Shown here one piece after another: positions 38,552-48,566 of a stretch of 64,000 nt of DNA. Positions within the stretch are counted from its first letter, which is position 1. Every line of letters begins with the position of its first letter. The DNA is taken from the IMG/VR virus record IMGVR_UViG_3300022891_000002, positions 1-64,000 of that record; one strand, written 5' to 3'. Under the pieces are notes generated by a model that was not told the DNA's origin, searched no databases, and saw only the letters and a list, made by a program, of their open reading frames with translations. The stretch comes from a virus. A program made the translations under genes and the position numbers.

Positions 38552-39580
38552 ATGAGTAGAGAACAAAGGCAAGAAGTATATGAGTTATATGACCAAATTT
38601 TAGAGGGTCTGGAATCTAACTACTCTAGTGGCGAGTTGGATGAAGATGATTATACGCGACTTAAAATCAAATCTTTGGCTGACTTAGAAACATCTTTAAT
38701 TGACTTAACAGGATTAAAAGAAAGTAAAATTAGTAACAATGAATCAAATTACAGTATGAACTACGCAAATTTCAATATGGCAGGTTATTTTGTTCCCGCT
38801 CTTGTAGAGTGTATTGAGCAAGATTATGATACTTTAGAAGATGGTTTAGCAGATATTCTCGAACAGACTGAGCTAACCGAACAGCAACTAAATAAAGTTC
38901 TAAGTGGTAAGTTGTTTCCACGTCCTGAGATGGTAGATATTCTCAATGAAATGTTTACTGCAACTTCTACTAACGACGAAAACGCTCTTTTGTTACAAGC
39001 TTACGCAGCAGTAGATAGAGGTGACTTGGAAGAGTCAGTGTTGCTTGAAGTAATGGGTGAAACTGAGGAAGATGACGACTTGGAAGACGAAGATGAGGAT
39101 GAAGAAGATAGCGAAGAAATAGAAGAAGATGAGGAAACTGACGAACCTCAAGAAGATGCTAAATATTCCTACATCAATGATGAAGTAGAATCTTTAAAAT
39201 CTAAAATTGCTAACTTTGAATTTAACTCTCAACTGCAAGAACGTGTATCTGAAGTAGCTACTTATGCTCAACGAGGTCTTCAAGAACATTGGCTTACTAA
39301 GTTTAAGCGGGATTTATATTTAGGTTCTGTTACTAAGTTAGAAGATATGGTGGCAAGCTTCTCTCAAAATGCAGAAAGTAATGGAGTAGATTTAGAAACT
39401 CATCTTTATGCTATTGAATTTGCACTTCAAGCTGATGAAGAAGCTAATGACCCCTCTGTTGATTTTTCTCGTTATGTAGGGGAAAGTCTAACTCCTGCTA
39501 ATGAAGTAGATGATGAATTGCTAAAACTTAATGTAGCTAATATGAAAGAACGTTTAGCTGCTCGCAAGAATAACCGATAA
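38552..39580 (+). CDS. putative capsid scaffolding protein
   Basis: very acidic, helical, basic C-terminus; position between protease and capsid genes. Confidence 0.6.
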   Translation: MSREQRQEVYELYDQILEGLESNYSSGELDEDDYTRLKIKSLADLETSLIDLTGLKESKISNNESNYSMNYANFNMAGYFVPALVECIEQDYDTLEDGLADILEQTELTEQQLNKVLSGKLFPRPEMVDILNEMFTATSTNDENALLLQAYAAVDRGDLEESVLLEVMGETEEDDDLEDEDEDEEDSEEIEEDEETDEPQEDAKYSYINDEVESLKSKIANFEFNSQLQERVSEVATYAQRGLQEHWLTKFKRDLYLGSVTKLEDMVASFSQNAESNGVDLETHLYAIEFALQADEEANDPSVDFSRYVGESLTPANEVDDELLKLNVANMKERLAARKNNR

Positions 39581-39599
39581 TAAATATAGAGAATTAATT

Positions 39600-40433
39600 A
39601 TGTTTACAAGATTTGGTAAGGTTAATGCAGAGAAAGCTATTATTGCTTATCCTCGTGGTATCCGAACTCCTTTCCATGTATCCCTTTCCGGTAAATACAT
39701 TAGTAGAAATAAACAAGGTAAGAACGCTTTGCCTGAGGGAATGTTTGTTTCTAAAAAGAATGGAGAACACCGATTTCTTCCTCGTGCTAGAGTAACTGCT
39801 CCTACAAGTGGTAGCCGAATTAAAGTAGGTAATCCTTATTGCTTTGTACCTGGAGATGTGTTAGAGATTCTTAATCCTTCTGCGATGCTAACTGTATCGG
39901 GTGTTGGTGAAGCAGGAATAACTTTTAACAATCAAACGTTTAAATATGTTCCGGTTGGAGCAGCTAACGCAACAGAAGCAGCAGCTATCTTGGCAGCTCA
40001 CTTTAATAGAATTCCTAATCTGAGTAAGAATCTAGAGTTTATTGCTACAGGAGCTAATCTTTATGTCTATTCTCCTGCTGGTCGTCCTTTAGCTACTTTT
40101 ACTCCTTCTGGTACTTTAGGAACTACTGTTACTACTACCGCTGCTAATACGGTTCCTGTAGGTACTGTAAGCTCTATTGACCCCGTGACTGAAGAAATTA
40201 TCTTAGGAAGTGCGGTTGTTGGTACTTTACCAGTAGGTTCTTCTATTGGAGTTCCTCAAGATGAAGTTCTTGGTATCTTTCCTCACTCAATTGACTTTAC
40301 AGAAGGTGGAGTTACTGGTCGTGCATTAGGAGTTGTACATAAAGCTTATATCTACAAGCTGCATTTACCGTACTACGATAATTCTCTAGTATATGAATGT
40401 CCTGATTTAGAAGCACGAGAAGTTTGGTCTTAA
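39600..40433 (+). CDS. putative head decoration protein
   Basis: beta-rich, LPEGMFV motif, directly upstream of MCP. Confidence 0.6.
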   Translation: MFTRFGKVNAEKAIIAYPRGIRTPFHVSLSGKYISRNKQGKNALPEGMFVSKKNGEHRFLPRARVTAPTSGSRIKVGNPYCFVPGDVLEILNPSAMLTVSGVGEAGITFNNQTFKYVPVGAANATEAAAILAAHFNRIPNLSKNLEFIATGANLYVYSPAGRPLATFTPSGTLGTTVTTTAANTVPVGTVSSIDPVTEEIILGSAVVGTLPVGSSIGVPQDEVLGIFPHSIDFTEGGVTGRALGVVHKAYIYKLHLPYYDNSLVYECPDLEAREVWS

Positions 40434-40451
40434 TTATAAATAAATAAAAAT

Positions 40452-41618
40452 ATGAGTCACGTCGCTAGTTTTTTTAATGAACCTTTTATCAATAAGCAGA
40501 TTAATGCTATTGTTGATGAAACACATCGAGATTTACTCAAACGAGATAAGTTAATCGATGAAGCAATGCCAACCCAGACGTTTGAAACTAGAAACTTCAT
40601 GGCGTTGTTAACTTCCCGTATTGCTCCTGCTGCTAGAGTAGTTGCTTGGGGTGCAGAGATTCCCGTTACTCGTCATGGAGGATTTGAGAAAGTTACAGCT
40701 CAGCTTACTAAACTTGCTTTATCTCACAGATATGATGAAGAAGATATGTGGGCATTGTCTGAAGCTTATCAACTAGCTGGTTATATGTGGAATAAGATTC
40801 AAACTATCCACAAGCCAGATGGAACTGTTCAACGAGGAGCTAATGATGACCTTGCTACAGCTTTATTTGGGGATGTCCAACAACTATTAGACGGTATGGT
40901 AGATAGAATGGACATGATGAAGTGGCAGGCAATATCTACTGGTGCATTAAACATCGAAGATATGTCTACTGGAGTTAAGTTTGAGATTGATTATAAGAAG
41001 TCAGACGCACCTTACAATCATTTTCCTCTACCTTTAGTTGCTACTGGTAATACTGTTACCCCTACTCTTAATAAGTGGAGTGATAAACAGAATGCTGATG
41101 GTTTCCGCAATATCCAAGATTTAACAGATATCTACGAAGATACTAACGGTTTCTTGCCAGATAAGATTGTGATGAACCGCAAACTTTGGAATATGTTCTT
41201 AGACCAGAAATCCACTAAGGAAGCTGCTCGTGCAATGACTACCTCAGAAATTGGTTTAGTTTCTAGAGATATGGCAGATGAACTATTGCGTAGACGTAAG
41301 TTACCTCCTGTAGTAGAGTTTGGTGAAAAGTATCATGAAGAAGTTCCAGGTGGAGAAGCTGTTACCGCTAATTTCTTGAACGATAATCGTCTAGTATTTC
41401 TCAAGAATAAGATGGGTATCTCAGCAATTGGCCCTACTATGGAATCTAAGACTAACATTATTTCTAGTGGTAAAGATATTCCTAAGATTAAGACTGGTAT
41501 TTACTTAGATATCTACACTGAAAACGGTCGCCCTCCTAATGATGTAGTAGCAACAGTAGCTAGCTTTATTCCTATAATCATGAATCCTAAACTTCTGATG
41601 GCACAAACAGTAAATTAA
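40452..41618 (+). CDS. major capsid protein (lambda gpE-like HK97 fold)
   Basis: APAARVVAWGAEIP, RMDMMKWQAISTG, KWSD, PDKIVMN motifs; size and position. Confidence 0.85.
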   Translation: MSHVASFFNEPFINKQINAIVDETHRDLLKRDKLIDEAMPTQTFETRNFMALLTSRIAPAARVVAWGAEIPVTRHGGFEKVTAQLTKLALSHRYDEEDMWALSEAYQLAGYMWNKIQTIHKPDGTVQRGANDDLATALFGDVQQLLDGMVDRMDMMKWQAISTGALNIEDMSTGVKFEIDYKKSDAPYNHFPLPLVATGNTVTPTLNKWSDKQNADGFRNIQDLTDIYEDTNGFLPDKIVMNRKLWNMFLDQKSTKEAARAMTTSEIGLVSRDMADELLRRRKLPPVVEFGEKYHEEVPGGEAVTANFLNDNRLVFLKNKMGISAIGPTMESKTNIISSGKDIPKIKTGIYLDIYTENGRPPNDVVATVASFIPIIMNPKLLMAQTVN

Positions 41619-41624
41619 AAAAAT

Positions 41625-42077
41625 ATGAGACAATATATTCTCCACAAAACTTTTAGAGATAGAACTGGTAACTTTTATTGGGCTAGAACAGCTCCATATC
41701 CAGAGGGAGAACTACCTGAAAATATTACTAAAGACCCGACTAAAGTATCTATTATTGAAACTGATACTCATGTTGCAGAATCGGTTCTAATTACTCCTGT
41801 TCAAGAAATTAGGAACTTAACTCCTGCTGCTGAACATCTCATACCCCTAACTCCTCAATTTGTAGAAGCTACTCCTGTTATTACTACTAAGATAGATGTT
41901 AATACTGCTTCTATTGAAGATATTAAAAACGTTAAAGGAATAGCAGAGAAAACAGCAACTTTGATTGTAAGTAATAGACCTTATGAAAGTATGGCTGACC
42001 TTACTACTAGAGTTAAACCACCTTTGGGTAAAACTTGGAGTGATTTTCCATTTAAATACGGCTCAACTCCAGAGTAA
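41625..42077 (+). CDS. helix-hairpin-helix (ComEA-like) DNA-binding protein
   Basis: KIDVNTASIEDIKNVKGIAEKTATLIVSNRPYESMADL. Confidence 0.8.
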   Translation: MRQYILHKTFRDRTGNFYWARTAPYPEGELPENITKDPTKVSIIETDTHVAESVLITPVQEIRNLTPAAEHLIPLTPQFVEATPVITTKIDVNTASIEDIKNVKGIAEKTATLIVSNRPYESMADLTTRVKPPLGKTWSDFPFKYGSTPE

Positions 42078-42100
42078 TACTACTTCTACATCTCATTAAC

Positions 42101-42139
42101 AAGTATAGTTTTGACATAAGAGACTATACTTTTATTTTT
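42101..42139 (+). terminator. Rho-independent terminator after capsid genes
   Basis: AAGTATAGTTT..AGACTATACTT-TTATTTTT. Confidence 0.6.
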
Positions 42140-42157
42140 ATCTAACGATGACTAACT

Positions 42158-42583
42158 ATGCTGATTAAGTCAAAAGTTACGACACTTCAAGTAGTTAGAG
42201 ATTCTACAATAGAGAAACCTTATGTGTATCTAAAGAACTCAAGTCACTCAATTAAAGATACAATTCCAGTAATAGTAGATATTAGTACAAGTGAACCTAT
42301 AAAAATTAATAACATAGGTATAACCTTTAAACTAATTCATCAACTAACTGGATTAGTTCTTAAACAGTACGATAATAATAGCTTTGTTTTTCCACTAATA
42401 CAACAAGAGAACATCAAAGCAATCTTGTATATTAGTGGTAGTGATATAGCTACTTTCTACCAAACTAAAGGACTTGAGTTTTCTAGTAGAGTACATAACA
42501 TTATCTACGAACTAGACATCTCAGTTAAGACTACTACTAATTTATCTAAGTACACAGACTCAGGAAACTTCTATTTAATATGA
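42158..42583 (+). CDS. hypothetical, beta-rich probable virion protein
   Basis: ORF in late operon. Confidence 0.55.
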   Translation: MLIKSKVTTLQVVRDSTIEKPYVYLKNSSHSIKDTIPVIVDISTSEPIKINNIGITFKLIHQLTGLVLKQYDNNSFVFPLIQQENIKAILYISGSDIATFYQTKGLEFSSRVHNIIYELDISVKTTTNLSKYTDSGNFYLI

Positions 42584-42981
42584 GCATTAAAGTATCTACT
42601 TATAGAGAGTGGAAAGATAATCCTCTCTCAGGTTCTATAGTTCCTCGAAGTGATGATTTACCTCTAGGAGTCACATTAGAGTCGATGGATAATCCTTCAC
42701 TATTAGGAGTTGGAGTATCAGTTAACTTCACTGTCTTTACTAATACTTCTACTACTAATTTCTCAGTAGGTAATTATGGTACTAATAGTGGTTTATCTCC
42801 TATAGTTACCGAACCTACCAAGATAATTTTTAAAGGTCTAGTAGAAAAGGAAACGATTCAAAGCAAGTTAGACCCTAAACTAGACTCATCTATCTACTAT
42901 GTTACTAAAGCAGTGTTTCCAGATACAGCGGAAGTTACATTAGACGAAGGCTATTTCACAAGTAAAGTTACTCTTATTTAA
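42580..42981 (+). CDS. hypothetical, beta-rich probable virion protein
   Basis: ORF in late operon; C-terminal TLDEGYF similar to 52428 end. Confidence 0.55.
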   Translation: MSIKVSTYREWKDNPLSGSIVPRSDDLPLGVTLESMDNPSLLGVGVSVNFTVFTNTSTTNFSVGNYGTNSGLSPIVTEPTKIIFKGLVEKETIQSKLDPKLDSSIYYVTKAVFPDTAEVTLDEGYFTSKVTLI

Positions 42982-42990
42982 TTAACTAAT

Positions 42991-43752
42991 ATGACTAAGC
43001 TAAGAATTATTAACAGAACTCCTTTAAAGAGTCGTGCAATTCCATTTATTGAACTACAGCCTAAATATCTTTATTGGCTAGACACTGGTAAAGAGATTGA
43101 TGTAGAAATTCTAAAAGAGAAAGATGGACATTATGAAGTAAAGCTGTCTACTAATTTTGAGAATTCTCCAGTAGGTATTCGCTCTTGGTTTATCTATAAA
43201 GAACACGTTCAAGTAGTAGAAGATAAGAAAAAGAAAGTATCTAAGAATGTACTTAAGACTGATTACTATTATCAATTAGATAATAGTTACCAACCTTATA
43301 CATCTTGTTTTCTTACTTGTGTAGCGATGTTACTATCTTTCTATAAAGTTAAGGTAACTCCTGACCAACTCTATAACAAGTGTCGTGATTTAGGATACGA
43401 CAGATTTTCTGGGGAAGGTATTGTAGCTATCCTTAAAAACTATGGGGTTAATTATCACTATACTACTTCTGGTACTGCTCAAGATTTAAAAGATACTGTT
43501 ACCAAGGCTCCTGTAATCTTAGGCACCTATCTAACTGAAGCTAGCCACATTGTGTTAGTAGTTGGCTATGACGAAACTGCTTATGATGGTCGTGGAGCTT
43601 TTATAGTCAATGACCCCTATGGAGAGTTTACTCATAACGGCTATATCCACACTCCTACAGCCGGCAAAAATACACTTTATTCTTTCTCTTTAATTGCTCA
43701 AGTTGGCGCACCTGAAGGAGACGGAAATTACTGGCTACATCTTCCAGTTTAA
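42991..43752 (+). CDS. endolysin, C39-like cysteine peptidase with cyanobacterial-type N-terminal domain
   Basis: YYYQLDN..SCFLTCVAM (Cys), SHIVLVVGYD (His), FIVNDPYG; N-terminal TPLK...GHYEV...WFIYKEHV. Confidence 0.75.
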   Translation: MTKLRIINRTPLKSRAIPFIELQPKYLYWLDTGKEIDVEILKEKDGHYEVKLSTNFENSPVGIRSWFIYKEHVQVVEDKKKKVSKNVLKTDYYYQLDNSYQPYTSCFLTCVAMLLSFYKVKVTPDQLYNKCRDLGYDRFSGEGIVAILKNYGVNYHYTTSGTAQDLKDTVTKAPVILGTYLTEASHIVLVVGYDETAYDGRGAFIVNDPYGEFTHNGYIHTPTAGKNTLYSFSLIAQVGAPEGDGNYWLHLPV

Positions 43753-43757
43753 TTATT

Positions 43758-44033
43758 ATGAGAGAAAAAATGAAACGTTCGTTATATCTAAGTAAAACTT
43801 TTCTATTTGGTGTAGCTCTTTGGTTATCAGTTGCTTATGTACCAGTAGTTAATTGGATCTATGATGGTAAGTTAACTAAAGATGATTTTACGAGTCTTAT
43901 ACTTTCTACTGTTGGATTATTTGGTATTTCTAATGGAAGACTAAGAGTTAATGAAGATATTAAGAAAAGTGCAGAAACAGGAATTCCAGTTGGTCTACTT
44001 ACTCCAAGAGTAGCCCCAAAAGCAAAAGAATAA
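43758..44033 (+). CDS. putative holin
   Basis: two TM helices, SLYLSKTFLFG, MREKMK possible dual start, next to endolysin. Confidence 0.65.
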   Translation: MREKMKRSLYLSKTFLFGVALWLSVAYVPVVNWIYDGKLTKDDFTSLILSTVGLFGISNGRLRVNEDIKKSAETGIPVGLLTPRVAPKAKE

Positions 44034-44039
44034 AATGAA

Positions 44040-45599
44040 ATGGTTGTATTTTCTGTATTATTTGAGAATGTTGAGGGAGAGTATTATTACCGATATATAA
44101 GTGATAGTATTACGTATTATCTCCCTTCTTATAGGATTGATAGGTTAGATAAGCCAATCAGTAGTTTTATCAATGTTCAAGGGCCGATGTATGCTGAATC
44201 CGTTTATAAGTTCTTAGATAAAGTTTTTGAGACAGGGGAGAATATTGGTGATTTTGTTGTTACTGACCCAAGAAGTGAAAAAGAGATATCTCTAACTTTA
44301 TTTGGCTATAAGTATCTCAACTTTGTTATTTTAGTTGGTAGTCAAAAGTCTGATAGTTTACTAGAAAGCACTTTATTTAAAGAGAACTATTTATTTCTGA
44401 TTCAATGGACAGGTTCAAAAGAAGAGTTGGTAGATGATATTTCTGATAATGTAGTAAGTTTACTTGAATATACAAAACCAGAGATACTCGCAAAATCTTA
44501 CATTTCTTTTATTAATCCTGAAGATGTTCTTTCTTTTAAATCGGAATTAATTACTTACTTAGATAAAGGTACAGCGTCTTTCTATCAAAAATATAGATTA
44601 GTTAGTAAGTCAGGTAAAGATATAACTGTTCTTGACCATACTTGTAGAATTCTTAGAGAGGAGAAAGTAGTTACTATTAGCTATTTGAGAGACATTACTA
44701 AAGATGAGTTAATGTCTACTAAATTAGCTGAACTAGCTTTATTAGATGAAGAGAATTTTAATACTAGCTTACTTATAAAAATTGAATGGGATAGAAATTT
44801 TAACATTACGAGATGGAACAATCAAGCAGAAAATTTACTTGGTTGGGATAAATCAATATTAGGAAAGAATATTAGAGATACTCACCTTTTTAATTCAGAA
44901 GATACCACTACAATACAAGGTCAGATTGAAAGAATACTTAACCACAAATCTGAATTAGTAATTAGTAACTTTAGAGTAAATAAAAAAGATGGTAATCAGC
45001 TAGACATTAAATGTTCTAACAGGCTTGCTATTCGAGAAGGGGAACTTAGAGTTATTTCTTCTATTATTGACAGAAGTGAAGAAGCTTCTTTAACCACTCG
45101 CTTAGTAGAAATGGAGGAAAGGTCAGACTTATTGCTTAAAACTCTTTATTCTACTAATACTAACTTTAACAATGATGTGTTTAAAAAACTTGTAGATACT
45201 CCTTTGACTTCTAGCTCTGAAGGTTTAATTAAAGCTGAGATTATTATCAGAAAGATAGAAGAAGAGTTGAAGAGACTTAATGATACTATTTTTCACAATA
45301 ACGGTAACAACTTACTTAGTGAAGTAGCTAATCTCAAATATGATGTCAAAGACCTAAAAGAAGATGTTAATAGAGTTAAAGATAGTCAAGCTAAATTATC
45401 TTCTGAACTTAACGACTTACTTAATATTAATATTCTTAGTTTAAGTAAAAATTTAAACTTTAAAAATTTAACAGGATTGCTTGTAATTAGTTATGTAGTG
45501 TTTGGGATATTGTTTCCGGCTTTGTATCATAATCTAGCTAAACCTTATCTTATTCAATACAATAAAGAACTTAAACAAATAGAAGGTAAAAAAGATTAA
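44040..45599 (+). CDS. tandem PAS-domain protein with coiled coil and C-terminal TM helix
   Basis: LLEYTKPEI..FINPED..YRLVSKSG..LRDIT and IEWD..ITRWNNQAENLLGW..KKDG..IDRSE; no kinase or GGDEF output domain. Confidence 0.8.
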   Translation: MVVFSVLFENVEGEYYYRYISDSITYYLPSYRIDRLDKPISSFINVQGPMYAESVYKFLDKVFETGENIGDFVVTDPRSEKEISLTLFGYKYLNFVILVGSQKSDSLLESTLFKENYLFLIQWTGSKEELVDDISDNVVSLLEYTKPEILAKSYISFINPEDVLSFKSELITYLDKGTASFYQKYRLVSKSGKDITVLDHTCRILREEKVVTISYLRDITKDELMSTKLAELALLDEENFNTSLLIKIEWDRNFNITRWNNQAENLLGWDKSILGKNIRDTHLFNSEDTTTIQGQIERILNHKSELVISNFRVNKKDGNQLDIKCSNRLAIREGELRVISSIIDRSEEASLTTRLVEMEERSDLLLKTLYSTNTNFNNDVFKKLVDTPLTSSSEGLIKAEIIIRKIEEELKRLNDTIFHNNGNNLLSEVANLKYDVKDLKEDVNRVKDSQAKLSSELNDLLNINILSLSKNLNFKNLTGLLVISYVVFGILFPALYHNLAKPYLIQYNKELKQIEGKKD

Positions 45600-45601
45600 T
45601 T

Positions 45602-45952
45602 ATGTGGCGACCTTTTGACAGTCCAGCTAAAAAAAGAAAAAGATTTATAGAAAAAAACAGTCCTTATTTAGTTCCATTAGCAGTTGGAGGATTGGCAGCT
45701 ATGGGAGATGAAAATGCTTCAGTTAGACAAAGACTTAAAAGAGGAATGGTTACAGGAGGTCAGACTTTTGCAGCTATGAAGACCGCAGGAGTATTTGCTA
45801 ATAACGCAAGTAAGAAGAATTATTATAAAAATACTATTCTACCAACTGTTCAACAAGCTAGAGGAATTGCTAATACCGGACTGAACATTAAAAAAGATAT
45901 TAGAGCTGCTACTAGGTTTGATTTTTGGAAAAAGAAGAAAGGAATTATATGA
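45602..45952 (+). CDS. small basic protein with hydrophobic Gly/Ala helix
   Basis: YLVPLAVGGLAAMG..SVRQRLKRG; KKKK tail. Confidence 0.55.
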   Translation: MWRPFDSPAKKRKRFIEKNSPYLVPLAVGGLAAMGDENASVRQRLKRGMVTGGQTFAAMKTAGVFANNASKKNYYKNTILPTVQQARGIANTGLNIKKDIRAATRFDFWKKKKGII

Positions 45953-46545
45953 TGTACAAGTATTGCACAGTAGAAAAGATTCAAAGAAGGTTAGGTAGAC
46001 GAGCTAATATCTTTACTGAGTCTCTTATACCCTCAGATAATGTATCGGTCATCTCTTCTAATTTAGATGTAGAGTTAGTACATGAACTCATATTAGCTAA
46101 TGAGACTTTAATAGATACTTACTTTAGGATGTTATATGTTCTACCAATACATCCATTAGATATTCCACTAATAGAACCAATAGTAGTGGGATTTGTTATT
46201 AATGACTTAATGATGTCTTTATATGACCAAGGAATGATAGCTAGTTTAGGAGGTGACGGAGGATTAGGTTCTACTATCTACCAAAAAGCTAAGGAGTTAC
46301 TTAAGAGTTACTTTATTGGTACTAATATCTACATTCCAGGAGTATCTGCTCCAGAAGACAATGCTCTCCAAGGTGCTTATAGATTGATTCTACCTAATAC
46401 TCCTGAGTTAATAAATAGGAGAACTTCACTTACTCAGAATGTTACGGTTGTTGGTGAGTATAAAACTAATAAAAATAATTTGGGTCTTGACTTTGGGGAA
46501 GATAGGAGATATAGAGGTGTTGAAGTTAACTGGGAAGTATATTGA
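45949..46545 (+). CDS. head-tail adaptor (Mu gp36-like) (start revised to ATG 45949)
   Basis: YCTVEKIQRRL...IDTYFRMLYVLP...YQKAKELL pattern. Confidence 0.6.
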   Translation: MMYKYCTVEKIQRRLGRRANIFTESLIPSDNVSVISSNLDVELVHELILANETLIDTYFRMLYVLPIHPLDIPLIEPIVVGFVINDLMMSLYDQGMIASLGGDGGLGSTIYQKAKELLKSYFIGTNIYIPGVSAPEDNALQGAYRLILPNTPELINRRTSLTQNVTVVGEYKTNKNNLGLDFGEDRRYRGVEVNWEVY

Positions 46546-46546
46546 T

Positions 46547-47050
46547 ATGAGAAAAATAACGTTTACAGGACAAGTACAATCTAACTATAGAGCTATTGTT
46601 CGTTCTAGTTCTAGCCTAAGTAATACATCTAGGTCTGCTAATAGTTTTAGAGCCAAACCTAACTCTATTGATACTAGAAATAAAAACATTAGAACTGTAG
46701 CAAGAGCAGTAGCTTATACTAATGTAGGAAATACTTTAAGAAAAGAAGTAGATAAAAATAAGCAAAGATTCTTAAAATCTGGCCCAAAATCTCGAATTGG
46801 TAAGATTGCTAATGATACCAAATTAGGAGCTTCAGCAGGAGCAGCTTTAGGTTTTCTTAAAGGAGCAGGAAATAGTTTAACTACTCCGGGGAGTGTAAAA
46901 AAGAAAATTGCGTATGGACTAGGACACGCTACTAAACAAGCTTTAAAAGGTGGAATTGGAGGAGGTAGTCTAGGAGCAGGAATTGGTACTACGAGAGGTT
47001 TTATTCAACCAAATAAAAAGAAATCACTTTTAGATAAATTTAAAAAATAG
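46547..47050 (+). CDS. Gly-zipper basic protein with shared leader (start revised to ATG 46547)
   Basis: MRKITFTGQVQSNY...SRIGKIANDTKLGA...TRGFIQPNKKK. Confidence 0.75.
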   Translation: MRKITFTGQVQSNYRAIVRSSSSLSNTSRSANSFRAKPNSIDTRNKNIRTVARAVAYTNVGNTLRKEVDKNKQRFLKSGPKSRIGKIANDTKLGASAGAALGFLKGAGNSLTTPGSVKKKIAYGLGHATKQALKGGIGGGSLGAGIGTTRGFIQPNKKKSLLDKFKK

Positions 47051-47056
47051 AAATTT

Positions 47057-47935
47057 ATGATGTTTGATATTACGTTTGCAGGTCAAGAAGAATGTCTAAA
47101 CTTCGGAAGAGGTAAGGATAAAGCTAAAAGAAAAAGTAGAGTTTCTATAGCTGCTGGAGCTGGATTAGGTACTATAGCAGGTGGCCCAGTTGGAACTATT
47201 GCTGGTGGATTGATTGCTAAAGGTATTAATAAAGAAAAAGATAGATATGAAAAGCAAGGCCCAAGAAGTCCTCTAGGTAAGATTGGTCACGATGCTAAAT
47301 TAGGGGCTAAATCAGTAGGGATTGGTAGTGCTATTACTGCGGGGTTGGCTGGAGCAGCTTTAGGTTCTAAATTACCAACTGTAAAAAAGAAAGGTTTTCT
47401 AGGTCTAGGTAGGGATAAAAAAGCAGAAAGTAGACAGAAACTTAAAAATACACTTATTGGAGCAGGTTTAGGAGTTCTTGGAGGTGGAGTTAGTGGAGCT
47501 GTTTCTGGTGCAGGTAACGGTGCGTTAGTAGGAGCTACAAGAGGATTTGTACAAGAGAATAAAACCAAGAAAAAGAAAGGTAAGTTTTCTAACTCTACGA
47601 AACTTGCTGAATTTGCTCTTAGTCTTCCACCTAAAAAACAAAAACAAAGAAGTAGATTAGGAATGGTAGGACATGATACTAAAGTTGGAGCTAAAATTGG
47701 TGCGGGTTTAGGAGCAGCTTATGTAGGTAGTAGCGGTATTAGAGGAGTTATGAAAGCTCCTGGCAGTCTTAAATCTAAATTGGGTTCTGCTGCCTTAGTA
47801 GGTGCTTCGGGTGCATTATTAGGTAGTGGAGTAGGAGGTTTTAGTGGGGCAACTTACGGAGCAGGAATAGGGGCAGGTAGAGCATTACTGACTCCTAGAA
47901 AGAAAAAGTCTCTATTTAATAGATTAAAAAAGTAG
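47057..47935 (+). CDS. two-unit Gly-zipper basic protein with shared leader
   Basis: MMFDITFAGQEECLNFGRG; two GK/GM-(I/V)GHD(A/T)K(L/V)GA units separated by KFSNSTKLAEFAL. Confidence 0.75.
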   Translation: MMFDITFAGQEECLNFGRGKDKAKRKSRVSIAAGAGLGTIAGGPVGTIAGGLIAKGINKEKDRYEKQGPRSPLGKIGHDAKLGAKSVGIGSAITAGLAGAALGSKLPTVKKKGFLGLGRDKKAESRQKLKNTLIGAGLGVLGGGVSGAVSGAGNGALVGATRGFVQENKTKKKKGKFSNSTKLAEFALSLPPKKQKQRSRLGMVGHDTKVGAKIGAGLGAAYVGSSGIRGVMKAPGSLKSKLGSAALVGASGALLGSGVGGFSGATYGAGIGAGRALLTPRKKKSLFNRLKK

Positions 47936-47939
47936 AAGT

Positions 47940-48566
47940 ATGAGAAAGATTATATTTGCAAACTCTACTAATTTAAACTTTGGTAGAGGTAGAGATAAAA
48001 AGAAACGTAAATCTAGAACTATTCTTTCGGACGCTAAAGACTTTGTTGTAGGTGCAAAAAATGCGGTCAAAGAAGCTAATATTAAAAGTCCTAAAGATTT
48101 AGTAGATATCTATAATAGACGTAGAGATAGGTCTAGCGTAGCTACTAATTCTCTTACTACTATTGGAGCTGCTTTAGGTGCTAGAAGTGCTATGAAATCG
48201 GGTATGAATCCCACTTTAGGTGCTTTATCTGGAGCTTATAATTTATCTTTTATAGGAGGAGCAGTAGACAGAAGAATATCTAAAGAAAAAGCTAGATATA
48301 GAAAAGAAGGTGCTAGGACTAGATTAGGTAAAGTAGGAAACGATACTAAAGTTGGAGCAGTTAGTGCAGCAGGAAGTTACGCTATTGATGGTGCGATAAA
48401 ACAATTACGAAGACCCGGAAGTATTAAGAGTAAAGCACTTAAAACTATTGCTGGCGCTATTTATGGAGGAGCTAAAGGAGCTGTCATTGGAGGCATCGTT
48501 GGCTCAGGGGTAGGAACTATCAGAGGATTTGTTCAACCTAACAAGAAAAAGAAGGATAAGAAATGA
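47940..48566 (+). CDS. Gly-zipper basic protein with shared leader
   Basis: MRKIIFANSTNLNFGRG...RLGKVGNDTKVGA...IRGFVQPNKKK. Confidence 0.75.
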   Translation: MRKIIFANSTNLNFGRGRDKKKRKSRTILSDAKDFVVGAKNAVKEANIKSPKDLVDIYNRRRDRSSVATNSLTTIGAALGARSAMKSGMNPTLGALSGAYNLSFIGGAVDRRISKEKARYRKEGARTRLGKVGNDTKVGAVSAAGSYAIDGAIKQLRRPGSIKSKALKTIAGAIYGGAKGAVIGGIVGSGVGTIRGFVQPNKKKKDKK

